Made by a program: the position numbers and the translations under genes
Part shown: positions 62,298-64,000 of the stretch, one piece after another
Layout of the letters: each line of letters opens with the position of its first letter
How positions within the stretch are numbered: the first letter of the stretch is position 1
Assembly: GCA_026023565.1 (NCBI GenBank)
Contig: JAPETS010000001.1
Coordinates: forward strand, 124,001-188,000
DNA length: 64,000 nucleotides
Direction: 5' to 3'
Source of the DNA: Cirrosporium novae-zelandiae
Lineage: Eukaryota
Notes under the pieces: generated by a model
The model's database searches: none
The model's input: the letters and a program-made list of their open reading frames with translations, nothing else
What the model was told of the DNA's origin: nothing

Positions 62298-63724
62298 TTA
62301 CTTTCCTGTTTTTCCCATGTTAAAAACAGGTACTCCGAATTTCCACACTTGGTCCACCACCAACCTCTTTCCCTGGCTCCTCGTATCGTCTAGTACAACT
62401 AGATCTGCATCGGCTCCTTCAATCAAACTCCCCTTTGTATTCCCTAGTTTCAACATCTTTGCCGGTGTGGTTGTTACTGCTCCAATTGCTTCTGCAATAT
62501 CACAATTCGTCCATTCCAGCAGATTGTTTACGCAGTCCATAAGTGTCACGGCACTACCTGCAATCCCACCAGTCCGTTCAAGGATAAGATGTGTGCCTTT
62601 CTTTGTGACAAATTCGCCATTTGTCCAGGGGTAGTATCCATCGTCCAGCCCTGCATACATCATCGCATCCGTCACAAGAATCATTCCTTCAGGTCTCATC
62701 GCATGCGCCATCCGAACAGCAACAGGATGATTATGAATTCCGTCAGCGATGATTCCGAAATAGGGACGCTTGGAAATCTCATCGAGGTTTAGAGTGCCGA
62801 TTATCCCTGGTTCACGATGTGCAAAGGGACGCATGGCGTTGAAGAGGTGGGTTACCATCGTTGCACCAGATTTGAGGGCAATTGTAGCCTCAGAAAGGGT
62901 AGCGTCTGAGTGACCAATTGAGAAGACTATATTGGAAGACGTGAGGCGTGGGATTAGCTCGGCGATTGTACCGACTTCGGGAGCGGCCGTCATCATTTTG
63001 ATAGCAGGAATAGAAGGAGAGTTGGAGATCTCCGAAACATTGGAAGAATTGGGAGTCTGAGGCTCAGAGACATTAGATGAGCGAGCTGAATTGGACGAAG
63101 AACCCCAGAGGTTCGTGGCGCCGTATCGGTCTTCTAGATCGGATATGCCATTTGAAACGGCAGTCAAGACACCACTACAGTGAATTCCATTGCGTTTGGG
63201 ACTGATAAAAGGGCCTTCAACATGAGCGCCGAGAGATTCAGTGCCATCATGAGGATTTCGAGTGGAGCCAGATGGTACCAATGAAGGGAGGATCTTGGAA
63301 TATTAACCACCACAGAGCAACTAAGAAGTACCGATCAACAAACCTTGTGATACACATCTGCCGCTTGACTCGTCATCGTGGGGAGAAATGATGTGACTCC
63401 AGTTTTGATAAGTGACTGACTGATTCTGCGAAGACCAACATCAAACTCCTTCTTGGTGGCCGCTGGAATAGAGAAGTCGACGCCCTGCCAGCCATTGATT
63501 TGGACGTCTATGAATCCTGGAGCAAGAATTTTTCCGTGAAGGTTAACTGTGCGATGCTTTTGGAGTAGACGATCAACAATATTTGGTGTATCTATGATCT
63601 TGCCACTCTTAGAATCAATCCAAAGATCACCATTGACAAGCTCGCTGCCTCGAACAAGACGACAGTTTGTAAGGTGAACAAGGTAGGGCTTAGTGGCAAC
63701 CTCGGTGTCTACCGGAATAGCCAT
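62298..63724 (-). CDS. DAC1: N-acetylglucosamine-6-phosphate deacetylase; intron 63294-63343
   Basis: PGFIDVQING..GVDF, GVTSFLPT, GAHVEGPFI, MTAAPE, SIGHSDA, THLFNAM, IADGIH.H, LVTDAM, IAGS, GADADLVVLD. Confidence 0.94.
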
Positions 63725-64000
63725 ATCGTTGGGATTAGGGGTGGCAAGTTAAAAGATTTTCTAAGGTACAGAATAAAATCTGACGAATTAAACAGATCAA
63801 GGAAATTTTGATAGTTCTCTAGGATATCAAGAATCTTGTACAGAGTATTCAAAGAATATACGGTAAGGACTGAATGAATGAACAAAGGAAAGAAGACGAA
63901 AGTCTAAGGCTGAGGGGAGTCAGTATAGATATGGTTGGTGAGTGCCGTTGAACGTGATGAATCTAGACTTTCCCATAGGTGAAGGTTAGTTTGTGCGGAA

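Overview
Eukaryotic, filamentous-ascomycete (Pezizomycotina-type) DNA: short GT-AG introns with CTAAC/CTRAY branch points, microsatellite-rich intergenic spacers and a repeat with a RIP-like mutation signature. From left to right: the 3' ~4 kb of a degenerate Tad1-like LINE (endonuclease tail, RT, RNase H, zinc knuckle, hairpin-rich 3' UTR, AAT/CAT tail); a C2H2 orphan; URA5; RPT6; a VNX1/CAX cation exchanger; a divergent pair of broken flavoenzyme genes (L-amino-acid oxidase-like and sarcosine/pipecolate oxidase-like); a hypothetical; a CoA-binding protein; an NDT80/PhoG (VIB-1/XprG/RON1-like) transcription factor; a putative glycosyltransferase; an F-box protein; an M3 metallopeptidase (MepB/PRD1) with an AUG-less N-terminal extension; tRNA-Cys(GCA); a C2H2/Fungal_trans transcription factor; a STEEP1/CXorf56-like protein; myosin light chain Cdc4; HAUS6; an HD-domain nucleotidase; a Cys-rich orphan; a stand-alone RelA/SpoT (small alarmone synthetase-like) gene; and GlcNAc-6-P deacetylase. 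The most notable items are the fungal RelA/SpoT gene and its neighbours, the co-decayed oxidase pair, the structured LINE 3' UTR and the probable non-AUG isoform of the peptidase. All calls come from motif recognition by eye; no database searches were run.
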